DNA of 56,185 bases, taken from assembly GCA_045576675.1 (NCBI GenBank), contig JAZNGX010000104.1:1-56185 (forward strand), in the 5' to 3' direction. Source of the DNA: Clostridia bacterium (GTDB lineage: Bacteria > Bacillota > Clostridia > Monoglobales > Firm-18). Positions 27,347-37,400 of the stretch are shown here, one piece after another. Position 1 is the first letter of the stretch, and the number at the start of each line of letters is the position of its first letter. The position numbers and the translations under genes were made by a program. The notes beneath the pieces were generated by a model that saw only the letters and a program-made list of their open reading frames with translations, searched no databases and had not been told where the DNA came from.

Positions 27347-27523
27347 ATGAATATTTTACAACAAATTTTTAATGACCATTTTAATACCCTTTTAAACAGC
27401 AATGCCACTGTTAGAACTGCCGTTTTTAAAACGTCCACAAAAGTGCCTGTTCGCTTTATTGCTGAAAATCTCGGTGCAACCGTTGAATGGGATGAAATCA
27501 ATCAGACTGTAACAATTAAGTAA
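27347..27523 (+). pseudogene. Chimeric remnant: IS91-like transposase N-terminus fused to the tail of a copper-amine-oxidase-N-terminal-like domain
   Basis: MNILQQIFNDHFNTLLNSNATVRTAVFK resembles IS91-family zinc-binding-domain N-termini (IF.DH[WF]…VR). It runs straight into …VPVRFIAENLGATVEWDEINQTVTIK*, a Cu_amine_oxidN1-type repeat end. The ORF is too short for either protein. Confidence 0.35.
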
Positions 27524-27677
27524 CTTTTGGCCATTATTGAAATTGTTTTCGTATCTGTAGCAAAATTAATATTTATGTGAGGCTTTATATAAATCCAATT
27601 GCATATTTATACTTTTTGCGAGTCTGTGAAAGTTTTTCATGGTTTGTGCATATGAGTGGCAACGCTCCTTCTCCGCC

Positions 27678-27716
27678 AAAAAAACCTCAAATGGTTTTTC
27701 CATTTGAGGTTTTTTT
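27678..27716. terminator. Bidirectional rho-independent terminator
   Basis: A-run, ACCTCAAATGG, TTTTT loop, CCATTTGAGGT, T-run. Confidence 0.6.
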
Positions 27717-27760
27717 GGATTAGTATTTGAACTCGAGCCATGCATACGAGTAATTGTTAA

Positions 27761-27815
27761 TATCAATATAATGAAAAACACGGTGATTTTCACCGTGTTT
27801 TTCATTATATTGATA
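27761..27815 (-). terminator. 55-nt perfect palindrome (25-bp arms, 5-nt loop) overlapping the dgoK-like stop; probable terminator of block 2
   Basis: TATCAATATAATGAAAAACACGGTG (27761-27785) is the exact reverse complement of 27791-27815. The GC core is CACGGTG/CACCGTG, followed by a U-run on the minus strand. Confidence 0.65.
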
Positions 27816-28731
27816 CTTCATAAATATTAATTATTCCATAAGTAGATGCGTTATTTGCAACAGTTTCAGAAATACAAACAACTTCCTTTTGTGAATGCTT
27901 ATTAAGAATTGCAACCATTGGAAGCTGCAATTGCCTTTTGCCACCTACAATTACTTTTTTAGCATCAGAATTTATAATATTCATTATTTCAGAGCTTAAA
28001 ACAACACCTATAAAAAAGCTATACACCTGATTATTATTGCAATTAAAAAGATTTTTCAATATACGAACCTTAAACAACGCCTCATTAATCCCTTTGTTTA
28101 CTGCATATGTATAACCCATATCAAGATATATCTCGTCAAAAGAAGACTGATTTAAATCAATTGCAGTTTTAAGTATGGTATTATTGGCAACAGCCTCCAA
28201 AAGCTCGCCTGTAAGTTGTGTGGAAAATTCAGATATTCTGCCTTTTGAATCGGTAAATATTAATTTCGAATGTGAGCCGGGCAAAACATACATACAATCA
28301 GGCTCAAGCTGTTCTGTAAGCCCCATAAGCTCTGTCTCTTCCCCACGCATCATATCAGCTTTTTCAAAGGTATTACAATTATTTTTCACACCGCTTACAA
28401 ACACAAAAGGAATTTCTGATATATCGTTTAGCACAACCTCAACCATTGAATTATTCAGCTCATATATACCTGCTGGTGTCGTTATATGCGGAACGTTGTA
28501 TAGACCATATTCGGATGTAATCATACCTGAAGCAAGTATTTTATTTACATTGTTTTCAATGTGCAGGCATTCTTCAATGGCTTCTTTGAGCTTTTCCTTC
28601 AACAATTGATTACCATCTATTCCTGCTCTTGCACCAAGCTTGATTTTCACTGTTTTAATTATGTTGTTATCCCTAACGAGATTTACTCTTGTATTGGTTG
28701 TACCACCATCTATAGTAATATAATTTGCCAT
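27805..28731 (-). CDS. dgoK: 2-dehydro-3-deoxygalactonokinase-like sugar-acid kinase
   Basis: 308 aa. The N-terminal ITIDGGTTNTRV phosphate-1 motif and LPGSHSKLIF resemble the DgoK family DWGT..R / PGTH.KW motifs, recalled from memory. Translationally adjacent to a KDPG-type aldolase. Confidence 0.6.
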   Translation of the reverse strand: MANYITIDGGTTNTRVNLVRDNNIIKTVKIKLGARAGIDGNQLLKEKLKEAIEECLHIENNVNKILASGMITSEYGLYNVPHITTPAGIYELNNSMVEVVLNDISEIPFVFVSGVKNNCNTFEKADMMRGEETELMGLTEQLEPDCMYVLPGSHSKLIFTDSKGRISEFSTQLTGELLEAVANNTILKTAIDLNQSSFDEIYLDMGYTYAVNKGINEALFKVRILKNLFNCNNNQVYSFFIGVVLSSEIMNIINSDAKKVIVGGKRQLQLPMVAILNKHSQKEVVCISETVANNASTYGIINIYEVSI

Positions 28732-28733
28732 TG

Positions 28734-29387
28734 TTATCCTCTTTTCACTGTTTCAACATATTTTTTTGCAAGCTCAGTTATACCATCATAATCGCCATTT
28801 TCCAACATATCCTTCTTTACAATGTTAGCACCAATACCAAATCCGCTGACACCTGCTTTAAGGTATTCGCCAATATTGTTTTCATTAATTCCTCCTACAG
28901 CGGTAAAGCTGATATGCGAAAGCGGAGCTTTCACTGCTTTAATATATGCAGGACCTAAATTCACTGCCGGAAAAATCTTTATAAAATCCGCACCCGCTTT
29001 ATGTGCCGTTTGCATTTCAGTTGGAGTAACTGCACCCGGCATAGATACCATATTAAGCTCACGGGTTTTATGTATTACACATTCGCAAACATCCGGCGAA
29101 ATAATAAAGCTTCCACCTGCCTCTTTTGTAAGCTCGACTTGTTTTTCCTCAAGCACTGTACCAGCACCAATATACATTCTGCCTTCAAAGGCAGTGCATA
29201 AGGAGCGTATATTTTCAGCTGTAGCCTCATCACTTACTGTCTTGTCGGCAGAGTACGTAACTTCAATTAATCGGATACCGCCTTTATACATTGCTTCGGC
29301 CAAAGGAACAAGCAATTCGCTTTTAACTCCTCTTATAATCACAATAATTTTTTCTCTTTTTATCGCTTCAATTACTTCATTTCTCAT
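28734..29387 (-). CDS. eda: KDPG/KDPGal (Eda/DgoA-type) class I aldolase
   Basis: IIVIIRGV…GGIRLIEVT…GAGTV…AGGSFIISP…MPGAVTPTEMQTAHKAGADFIKIFPA…GGI pattern. I prefer ATG 29387 (AAGGAAG upstream, inside the leader of promoter 29439-29467) over the track start 29420. Confidence 0.8.
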   Translation of the reverse strand: MRNEVIEAIKREKIIVIIRGVKSELLVPLAEAMYKGGIRLIEVTYSADKTVSDEATAENIRSLCTAFEGRMYIGAGTVLEEKQVELTKEAGGSFIISPDVCECVIHKTRELNMVSMPGAVTPTEMQTAHKAGADFIKIFPAVNLGPAYIKAVKAPLSHISFTAVGGINENNIGEYLKAGVSGFGIGANIVKKDMLENGDYDGITELAKKYVETVKRG

Positions 29388-29438
29388 AATTATAACACTG
29401 CTTCCTTGTACTATTTCCATTACTTTTTTCTACAATTA

Positions 29439-29467
29439 AAGATACCATAACTCGCACAAAAAGTCAA
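29439..29467 (-). promoter_or_regulatory. Candidate internal promoter for the eda-dgoK pair
   Basis: Reverse strand reads TTGACT (29462-29467), a 17-nt spacer, then TGG-TATCTT (extended -10, 29439-29444). Confidence 0.4.
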
Positions 29468-29484
29468 CATTATTTAGCTTTCAA

Positions 29485-29537
29485 TAAAAAAGTACAGTCT
29501 GCCAAAATGTCAACCCTGACAATTGGAAACTGTACTT
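29485..29537 (-). terminator. Terminator-like stem-loop between GH38 and eda
   Basis: AAGTACAGT (29529-29537 on the reverse strand) pairs with ACTGTACTT (29490-29498). An inner TGTCA-GGGT-TGACA hairpin is present, and a U-run follows (A-run 29486-29490 on the plus strand). Confidence 0.5.
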
Positions 29538-29547
29538 ATTATTCTTA

Positions 29548-32145
29548 TTAAAAATTAATCAACACTGTTACAATTTCAAACGGTTTTAAAGCCAAATCCA
29601 GTTTGTTGTCAGTATATTTGCACTCATACAGCGTTGTTCCTTCAAAATCAGTAACAAACGCTGATTTAATACACTTATCAAAAACAACTGTATCCTTAAC
29701 TTCAGTATCAGTTGGATTATAAAACCTTAGTTCTGTTCCTCTTTCGGTCTTATTAGCCGTGCTATACACAACATTCGAGTTTTCAATCAACATTTGAGAA
29801 TTGAATTTTTCAATAGTATTGGCTTTATAATGAACACTTTGTACACCGGCAGAAAGTTCATCCTGAATAATCTGCAGCTGTGCAAAAGATGTATCTGCAC
29901 CAAATGGAACTAAAGCATATTCATATTCCCAATTGCCAATCATCTGCCCACCGGGCTGACCATTTTTAAGGTACGCATTTGCAAAAGCTCTTAACAGTGT
30001 AACAAAAATCGTACCGTTATCGTTTACTCCTGCCTCGTGTAAGCCATATTGTGACACAAATGCAAAGCCTCCGTCTTTATCAGAAGTTAGCACAATTCCT
30101 GCCATCTGACGTTCAATAATCGGCAGCTCAACATTATTTTGTTTAGACAAATCTATACCATTGCTACGTTCCACAAAGCAAAACGGCTGGTTAACCATAT
30201 GCTTGCCGTTAGCTATCCCCGTCGGCAAGGTTATCGACAAACGGTGGTCTTTAGCAGCATTATTAACAATTGTTTTTACTCTTAAATATCTGTCAGCTTC
30301 AGACAGTGTTAGAATATGCACTAACTCAAGCTCTGTATAGCCATCTTTTCTGTGATAACCTGATGCATATTTATCAATACCATTTGGCACACGCATAACC
30401 TGAGTAACCTTAAATACAATCCTTGCGGCATTATCCTCAATTTTTTCTATATAAGCTGTTGAAGAAGTAACTGCACTGCTATCTACAGGATTAACATGTA
30501 TCCATCCGTCACCTATCTCACTGTCACTTATAGGTGCCAAAAGACCATTATATGTTCTACCTGTTGTTTTATCAGTGATGTTTACACTTCCATCATAGTT
30601 AATACTAAAAGAAATGTATTTGTTTTCTGCACAATTTCTGCCTGAATTTAAACGTTTCAAATATCTTACACTGCCCTTTACGGGTGATATTGTGTATTGT
30701 ACACTTGCCATTGCAGGCAAATCTGCACTAAAAGTAATTGTGTATACATCACCAGTCATAGAATTTTGGTCTGCAAGACGCACAACCTGATTAGTCTTGA
30801 TATTTACCAAGCCATATTCAAGCTCGTTACCATCTGCTGAATAAAGCTTAAATGAATTGATTTTTTCATATCCCATTCCCTCTTTGTAAAAGCAAGGATA
30901 TTTTTCATCAAAACAAATATCAACCTCAACATTTCTTTTATACGCATACGGCAACGGGTTATATATGTCAATAATTATATCTTGAGCTTCGTTATCAGTT
31001 TTTCTTATACTATTTTTGAAAACATCAATTATTTCACTAGAAATCTCCTCGCTTTGATTAAAGCGGTACAACATATTGTCGTGAACACGGTCAAGACTGC
31101 AGCCGCATATAGAATCGTGTGGATGATTCTTAAGTAAATATGTGTTCGCAACATCAAGATAGCTTATAGGCAAATCAACTTTGTCAAAAGCATAAAGTGG
31201 TGAAACCCATTTTTCAAGTAAAGTCTGGACCTTATCGTTAGCAGCTTTTATATTATATCTTGAAGAAAGTGTATTTATTATTGTCTTTCCACCATATTTA
31301 CTGAAATCATAAAGCTCACCATTTTTGCAAGGCAAATTGTCGTGATTTGCAAGCTTTTCAAACATCTCCATTATATTAACATGGTGGACATTTGCATCAG
31401 GATACAATTCCTGTATTAGCTTTATATACTTTGAAGTATCACCATGAACAGAAATATGATCCAGTGCATCAGAAAGATAAAGGTATGGCAAATTTGCACG
31501 TTTCATTTCACTATCAATATGCTTTTTCAATCTTTCCTTTAACACATCATCAGGAATATGTGGTATCTTTTCCTCCTGTCGTTCAAGCACGTCTGCAGTA
31601 AACGATGCATATCCCTGCACACGCTCCAGCTTTACAGTTTTGACAGCCGTACCATCAGGTGAGCACCAATCAAAGAACATTGGCAAATCACTGTCACCTA
31701 TTCCGCGCCACAAAATTGCAGACTTAATACCCATTTTATCAAAAATCTGTGGCATCTGTGCAATATGACCGAAAATATCACAAACATATCCGTTTTTAAG
31801 CGGTTCTCCGCCAAACTCACGGGCAAGCTTATGCCCTTTCTGAAGGTTTTTAATAAGGCTTTCGCCCGACAAAAGCATTTCATCAGGCATACAATACCAT
31901 GGTCCGACAATAATTTTTCCGTTTTCTATAAGCTTTTTTAACCTTTCCTTGTTCTCTGGTCTTATTTCAAGATAATCCTCCAGAACAATTGTCTGTCCGT
32001 CAAAATGAAAAACGCCATAGCTGTCATTTGTTTCCAACTCAGTAAGCATATTGTCTATCATTCGTACAAGACGCATTCTGAATCCCTGAAACGTCTGGTA
32101 CCATTCTCTGTCCCAATGTGTTCCCGAAAACAAATATATATCCAT
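29548..32145 (-). CDS. GH38 alpha-mannosidase-family hydrolase (MngB-like), cytoplasmic
   Basis: The N-terminus MDIYLFSGTHWDREWYQTFQ matches the bacterial GH38 H-x-D-R-E-W metal-site motif. 865 aa with no signal peptide. Confidence 0.8.
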   Translation of the reverse strand: MDIYLFSGTHWDREWYQTFQGFRMRLVRMIDNMLTELETNDSYGVFHFDGQTIVLEDYLEIRPENKERLKKLIENGKIIVGPWYCMPDEMLLSGESLIKNLQKGHKLAREFGGEPLKNGYVCDIFGHIAQMPQIFDKMGIKSAILWRGIGDSDLPMFFDWCSPDGTAVKTVKLERVQGYASFTADVLERQEEKIPHIPDDVLKERLKKHIDSEMKRANLPYLYLSDALDHISVHGDTSKYIKLIQELYPDANVHHVNIMEMFEKLANHDNLPCKNGELYDFSKYGGKTIINTLSSRYNIKAANDKVQTLLEKWVSPLYAFDKVDLPISYLDVANTYLLKNHPHDSICGCSLDRVHDNMLYRFNQSEEISSEIIDVFKNSIRKTDNEAQDIIIDIYNPLPYAYKRNVEVDICFDEKYPCFYKEGMGYEKINSFKLYSADGNELEYGLVNIKTNQVVRLADQNSMTGDVYTITFSADLPAMASVQYTISPVKGSVRYLKRLNSGRNCAENKYISFSINYDGSVNITDKTTGRTYNGLLAPISDSEIGDGWIHVNPVDSSAVTSSTAYIEKIEDNAARIVFKVTQVMRVPNGIDKYASGYHRKDGYTELELVHILTLSEADRYLRVKTIVNNAAKDHRLSITLPTGIANGKHMVNQPFCFVERSNGIDLSKQNNVELPIIERQMAGIVLTSDKDGGFAFVSQYGLHEAGVNDNGTIFVTLLRAFANAYLKNGQPGGQMIGNWEYEYALVPFGADTSFAQLQIIQDELSAGVQSVHYKANTIEKFNSQMLIENSNVVYSTANKTERGTELRFYNPTDTEVKDTVVFDKCIKSAFVTDFEGTTLYECKYTDNKLDLALKPFEIVTVLINF

Positions 32146-32159
32146 AATCTGCCTCCAAT

Positions 32160-34424
32160 TTATTTGTCTTTTTTTATGTTTGCATTTCTATAAATACCGG
32201 GTGTTACACCGGTTTTTGACTTGAATTTCCTTATAAAGTTTGAAACATTCTGATATCCAAGCTCTTCCGCTATTTCTTTTATGCTCAAATCAGTTTCGGT
32301 AAGATACATTTTTGTGCGTTCAATCTGCAGATTTGTTATGTAATCAGAAATTGTAACACCAGTTTTACCTTTGAAGAACTGTCCTAAATAAGTCGTTGAT
32401 ATTTTAAAATGGTCAGCAATATTATCAACACACATATACGGCTGATTAATATTCTCATCAATATACTGCTTTATTTTATTAACCATATTTTCTTTTATAT
32501 TATTTCTTTTGTTTTCCTTGTCTTCTAGACTTATAATTGTCTTTTCGTTAAGAACATCTGCTAAAAAAAGCTTTACATTATTTACAAGCTGCTCTATGCT
32601 GTCAAACTCAACAAGGCTTGCAATATCAAATCGCTTTAAATACACTTCTTCCATATCGGTTCCGGTGAAAACTTCAGCAGCCGCATTCATAACTGTATTG
32701 GCAATATCAAAGCACAAGCATCTGGCTGTATGCAAAGAAAGCTCACCCTTGTAAACCTCGTCAGCAATTTCATCTATAATAAGAAACGCTTTATCCTTTT
32801 CACCTGCTTTTATGTATGTATGCAGCAATTCTATTTTTTTGCGTGAATAGCTGCTTTGATTGTTAAAAAATGTATCACAAAAGAATAAACTGCCGTATTT
32901 ACCTTTTATCAGCTTGTAATCATAAGCACTCGATGCCTCAATATATGAATGCCATAAATAAGAAATGTCATCAACAGGATTGCCTGCACAAACAGTTATA
33001 GGACAAAGTGTTATTTCTTCCAATACCTTTTTCATCGAATCAACAAGGCTTCTGTTTTCTTCATTATGATTTTTGTGCATAGAAGGCAAAATAATGCAGA
33101 TTTTATTATTCTCTACAAAATCTGTTGTAATACAATTATTATCCTTTACGAATTCTCGAAACACCTTTAATATATCTGATGTGTTATATATATCTATATC
33201 TTCAATGTTAAATAATGCTATGTAATAATAAGGGAAATCAAAATGAATTCCGTAAAATTCAAATTGCGTTTTCGCTTCATCAATGTTACTGATTGATGCA
33301 TTAATAAGCTTGAAAAGCATATAATCACGTGTTATTTCATATGCTCGTTCAACCTCGTCCGCAAGGCTTTTTTGTGTCTGAATCAGATAATTCATGCCCT
33401 GCTCGGCACTTGTGAACTCATCAGAAAACTCGCCCTGTTCATTGTTAAAACCTTTAAGCATTGAAGTAATCTTTTTCACAGGACTGTAAAACGACTTCAT
33501 TGAATAAGTAATAATAAGAACCCCGATTATAAGTATTATTTCCAGCACTGCAGAATACACTATCTGAAGATAAATAACCTGCGTAAACATATCTCTCTCA
33601 CGCATAATCGAAACATACTGGTATCCGTTATCACTCGATTTTACTGTACTTACACAATATTTGTCATTATCAAATTTTATAGTTTTTACCGGTTCGTTTG
33701 TCTGGCTTAAATAATTTCTTATAGTTTCAACATCAATAGAATGCTTTCGTTTATTATCCGTAATAAATCTGTTCTCGCTGTCGAAAATCAATAAATCATC
33801 ATCATATGCATTTATAATAGTGTTAATGCTCTCTGTTTCCAAAAGAATAATTATATATCTTGACGATGGCAAATCACTCTCTTTTATAATACAACAACGA
33901 TAACGTGCATCAGGAAGAATTTTAACTTCTACCGGTATGTTGCTTATTGTTTCACAATTCTTTAAATATTCACGGAACTGTTTTGTATCCATTCCGTTAA
34001 AGGAATATAAAAGATTTGTATAATGATTAAAGCTTGATGCGCCCAAGGATGTGAAAACATAATCTATTTCAGGAACGTATAGTGCCATTTCATACACATA
34101 CCCATTAGTTCCAACATAATTTGAAAGCTCATTTTTAAGCTCCATCATTATATCAACAAAATCACCTTTGTTAATATCAATCAAAGCTGTGTTTGAAAAC
34201 GTTTGTTGTGCCAGCGTCATAAGCTCGTTTGTTTTTATATCAAAAACATTTCTGATGTTTTCCATACTTGTATAGTTTTTTTCTATTATTTCTTCTTTAA
34301 ATTTACTTATATTAATTGTATATATTACAACTGTTACAATAATAATAGGAATAAGTAAAATGGCAATATGAGTTGCAATATATTTTATGAAAATACTATT
34401 TTTTAGTAAATTCTTTTTATACAT
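32160..34424 (-). CDS. Membrane-anchored one-component AraC-family regulator, second copy of the architecture
   Basis: TM helices IATHIAILLIPIIIVTVVIYTINI and …AVLEIILIIGVLIITYSM. C-terminal AraC HTH …ISTTYLGQFFKGKTGVTISDYITNLQIERTKMYL…LGYQNVSNFIRKFKSKTGVTPGIYR. Confidence 0.8.
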   Translation of the reverse strand: MYKKNLLKNSIFIKYIATHIAILLIPIIIVTVVIYTINISKFKEEIIEKNYTSMENIRNVFDIKTNELMTLAQQTFSNTALIDINKGDFVDIMMELKNELSNYVGTNGYVYEMALYVPEIDYVFTSLGASSFNHYTNLLYSFNGMDTKQFREYLKNCETISNIPVEVKILPDARYRCCIIKESDLPSSRYIIILLETESINTIINAYDDDLLIFDSENRFITDNKRKHSIDVETIRNYLSQTNEPVKTIKFDNDKYCVSTVKSSDNGYQYVSIMRERDMFTQVIYLQIVYSAVLEIILIIGVLIITYSMKSFYSPVKKITSMLKGFNNEQGEFSDEFTSAEQGMNYLIQTQKSLADEVERAYEITRDYMLFKLINASISNIDEAKTQFEFYGIHFDFPYYYIALFNIEDIDIYNTSDILKVFREFVKDNNCITTDFVENNKICIILPSMHKNHNEENRSLVDSMKKVLEEITLCPITVCAGNPVDDISYLWHSYIEASSAYDYKLIKGKYGSLFFCDTFFNNQSSYSRKKIELLHTYIKAGEKDKAFLIIDEIADEVYKGELSLHTARCLCFDIANTVMNAAAEVFTGTDMEEVYLKRFDIASLVEFDSIEQLVNNVKLFLADVLNEKTIISLEDKENKRNNIKENMVNKIKQYIDENINQPYMCVDNIADHFKISTTYLGQFFKGKTGVTISDYITNLQIERTKMYLTETDLSIKEIAEELGYQNVSNFIRKFKSKTGVTPGIYRNANIKKDK

Positions 34425-34477
34425 ATATTAACACTCTCCTATACTGCCATTTTACCATAAACTTAATTAAATATCAA

Positions 34478-37400
34478 TTATAAATATTGCCTAAAATTCT
34501 TGATTCTGTAAAAAGTAATCATATTGGCGTCATGATAATTTGGTGCTCCCTCTCCTGCTTCACGCACGACATATAAAATATCATCACCGTCTATTATCCA
34601 GTCAACGTACTGAAATGCCCTGGTAAGAATTATATTTTCCCAGTTTTCAAGCTCGTTTGGATAAAGCAGGGTTTCTGCAAGCCTCCAGTTTTCAAGATCG
34701 TCAGATACTGACATTGAAAGAACTGTACGCTGTTTTGAATAATCAATATTTGTAATATTGTTAACCAAAGATATATACTTTCCAGTTTGTTCATCACGTC
34801 TTACAACGAACTTTGTCATACCTCCGTCAAACTCAACAAATTTTTCAAATGTAAGCTTTGTATTATCCTCCGAAAGCTTCAATATGCCTGCATAGCCAAA
34901 ATCAGGTTCAAAATTAACCCTGATAATATTGTAAATTCCTCCGTCGGGTCCAATTACTGCATTACCCTCAAGCCAGCCGGGTCCTTGAGTGCTTACACCT
35001 TCAGGAACATCAGCAACATTAAGCTTTACAGGGTCTGTAAATGTCCAGCTGTCAGCATCCAAAAGGTTTGAATTTATATCTGCAGACAGCATAAAGGCAC
35101 AATAATTACTAAAGCCCGAGCCTATTACATTCTCATAAGCACGGTAAATTCTGCCGTTTGATATAACCACAGGTGTTGGACCGCAGTGTGCCTGAGTTAC
35201 TTTTGAGTTTGTTATAAGTCCTGTAGTGTTGTCAGCAGGATAAGTCCAGGTATATCCTCCATCTGTACTTTTCTGCAACGTTACCGTCGGATTGCCTCTA
35301 AGAACACCCATTATATATAGGTCTCCGTTAAGCTCGAAAATACTTGCCATCATTGTATCTACATCTGCAATGTGTTTCCATGTAGCACCATTATCATCTG
35401 AGCGATATATAAAGCCACCATGCGATGCACCCCCGTAAACATAAGCATCGTGATACACAATCAAAGCACCATCAGGTAGCTTTGTTATACTTGGTGAAGC
35501 ATAGCACAAATTGCTTGTTACACCCACATCGCTGTGTGCAATTTCAACTCGTGTTGCCGGATGATTTGCAGTCTGTTGTATGTATGGCAGCTCACACAAT
35601 GCAAGCTTTGCCCAGCCAGCGTACTCTTCACGCTTAAACGTATTTGTTATAGAGGTTTTGTCTCCCACAGCTATAACTCCGTCTTCATAATACACATACT
35701 GACCAAACGTTTCAAAAACAAAGCGAAGCGGCAAATAGTATGTGCCGTCAACAAGCTGTGGTGTAACATCCAGAATATTATCAATTCCGTTTACTTTATA
35801 TATATTGCTTTCCAATTCAAAAGAAATTTTTGTGTTTGCATATATCAATTCACCGTTGTTATCATCTGTCCAATCAAGCTTTGCACCATAAACCTCTGTA
35901 ATAAAATCCAACGGAATCATAACAGTATCATTACAAAAATATGGGGCTGCATTGATATTATCCCAATCCATACGATGACGCTTTCCTTTATAAAATGCCT
36001 CATTTGCCTCTACTGCAAAAACGGCAGTGTTTTTGGATAAGCTGTCCATTATTGCATAATTTGCAGAATCCTTTTCACGTGGTGCCACAGTACCATAATC
36101 TATATATACATACCGTGCCTCTTCCGATGAAATTGAACGATTGTAAATGTTCCATTCGTCAAGCATACCTGCAAATGTCATATTATATGTAGGTGTAGTA
36201 GGGTCGCCACCTATTGTTGATGGCTGAGCATCTGCACACGAAAAGGTTTTTTGACTGTATGTTGTAACGTCAGTACCCTGAACAGACTCAAGCTCCTGCC
36301 CGTTTACAAAGAATTTTACAGTGTTCGCATTAAAGTCTGCCGTAACTGTCACAAACAGCCACTTTCCAACCTCAGACCATATGTATGACCTTCCCTGTAG
36401 TGCATCTGTCGGGCAACTTCTTGTTGCAAGCTGAAATGTGTCCGCTGAATAAGAAAGATGCATCGCCGCCTTAGTACCTGCTATATTTAAAGACATTATA
36501 CGATACGTTACATTAGGCTTATCATTAACATAAAGCCATCCTGATACAGTAAAACCATCAGCACCAACCAAACCATTTAACACATCGTTTCCAATAGTAA
36601 CCATACTTCTTTCGGATGGATGAAATCTTAATGCAGTACCGCGTACTCCTTCATCCCACTCGGTGTTTTGCATAAGTGCTTCCACTTCTACCTTACCGTG
36701 CGATTTTGTAACATCGCCTTCACCCTCATCAAATGAAAATCCTGCAACAAGATTGTCCGCAAGAATGTCAACATAAGGAAGCTCGCTTGGTTCTGCTTCA
36801 TCACCTTTTATAATTTCAGCAGGTTCACTGCAAGTAACTGCATAATTGTGGACACGAAGCTCATCAAGATACATTTCTGAATCTCCGATTATATCATTTT
36901 GTGCAGCACCGTCAAATAAAAATTTGTTTCCCATAAAATTAACGGATTGTGATTTTTTGAATTCTCCATCAATAAAGAATTTAACTGACCCGTTAATGAA
37001 ATCCATAGATACCAAAACGTGAGTCCAGTTATTCAGCGGTTTATCAATTTGATATTCCGCCCCCTTTAACGTTTCGTTTTTATCTGTTCTTGCATAAGCT
37101 TTAAGCTTTGAGCCTGAAAGCGAAATACTAATACCCTTTTCATTTCCGTAAGAATAAACAGTCAAAAGATTGGTACCACTGTTTTCTGTTGTTTTTATAT
37201 AAGCAGAAAAGCTCATCCCCGAAGTATTTTCAAGCATCTTTCCAAGCTGACCGTTTGCAATGTTTATCGCTCCGTAGCTTCCTATCTCTGCCGCAACACC
37301 TCTGTAGCCATCATTATACGCTTTCACATTGTTAAGTGAAATATCACAAAAATTTGGCATATAATTATTTAACCTGCCGCCTTCAAGGGTTTCAAATGTT

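Noticed and set aside
27566-27805. 79-aa minus-strand ORF (MKNTVKITVFF…)
   Set aside because: Its ATG is the mirror image of the palindrome arm at the dgoK-like 3' end, and the ORF reads through the bidirectional terminator at 27678-27716. It is most likely an artefact of the palindrome.
28822-29439. 205-aa plus-strand ORF antisense to the aldolase gene, plus similar long antisense ORFs (12111-12563, 16901-17296, 28175-28609, 35534-36040, 46140-46517, 51121-51573)
   Set aside because: Each is wholly contained in a minus-strand gene with clear family motifs. They show no start context or recognisable domains. They are shadow ORFs.
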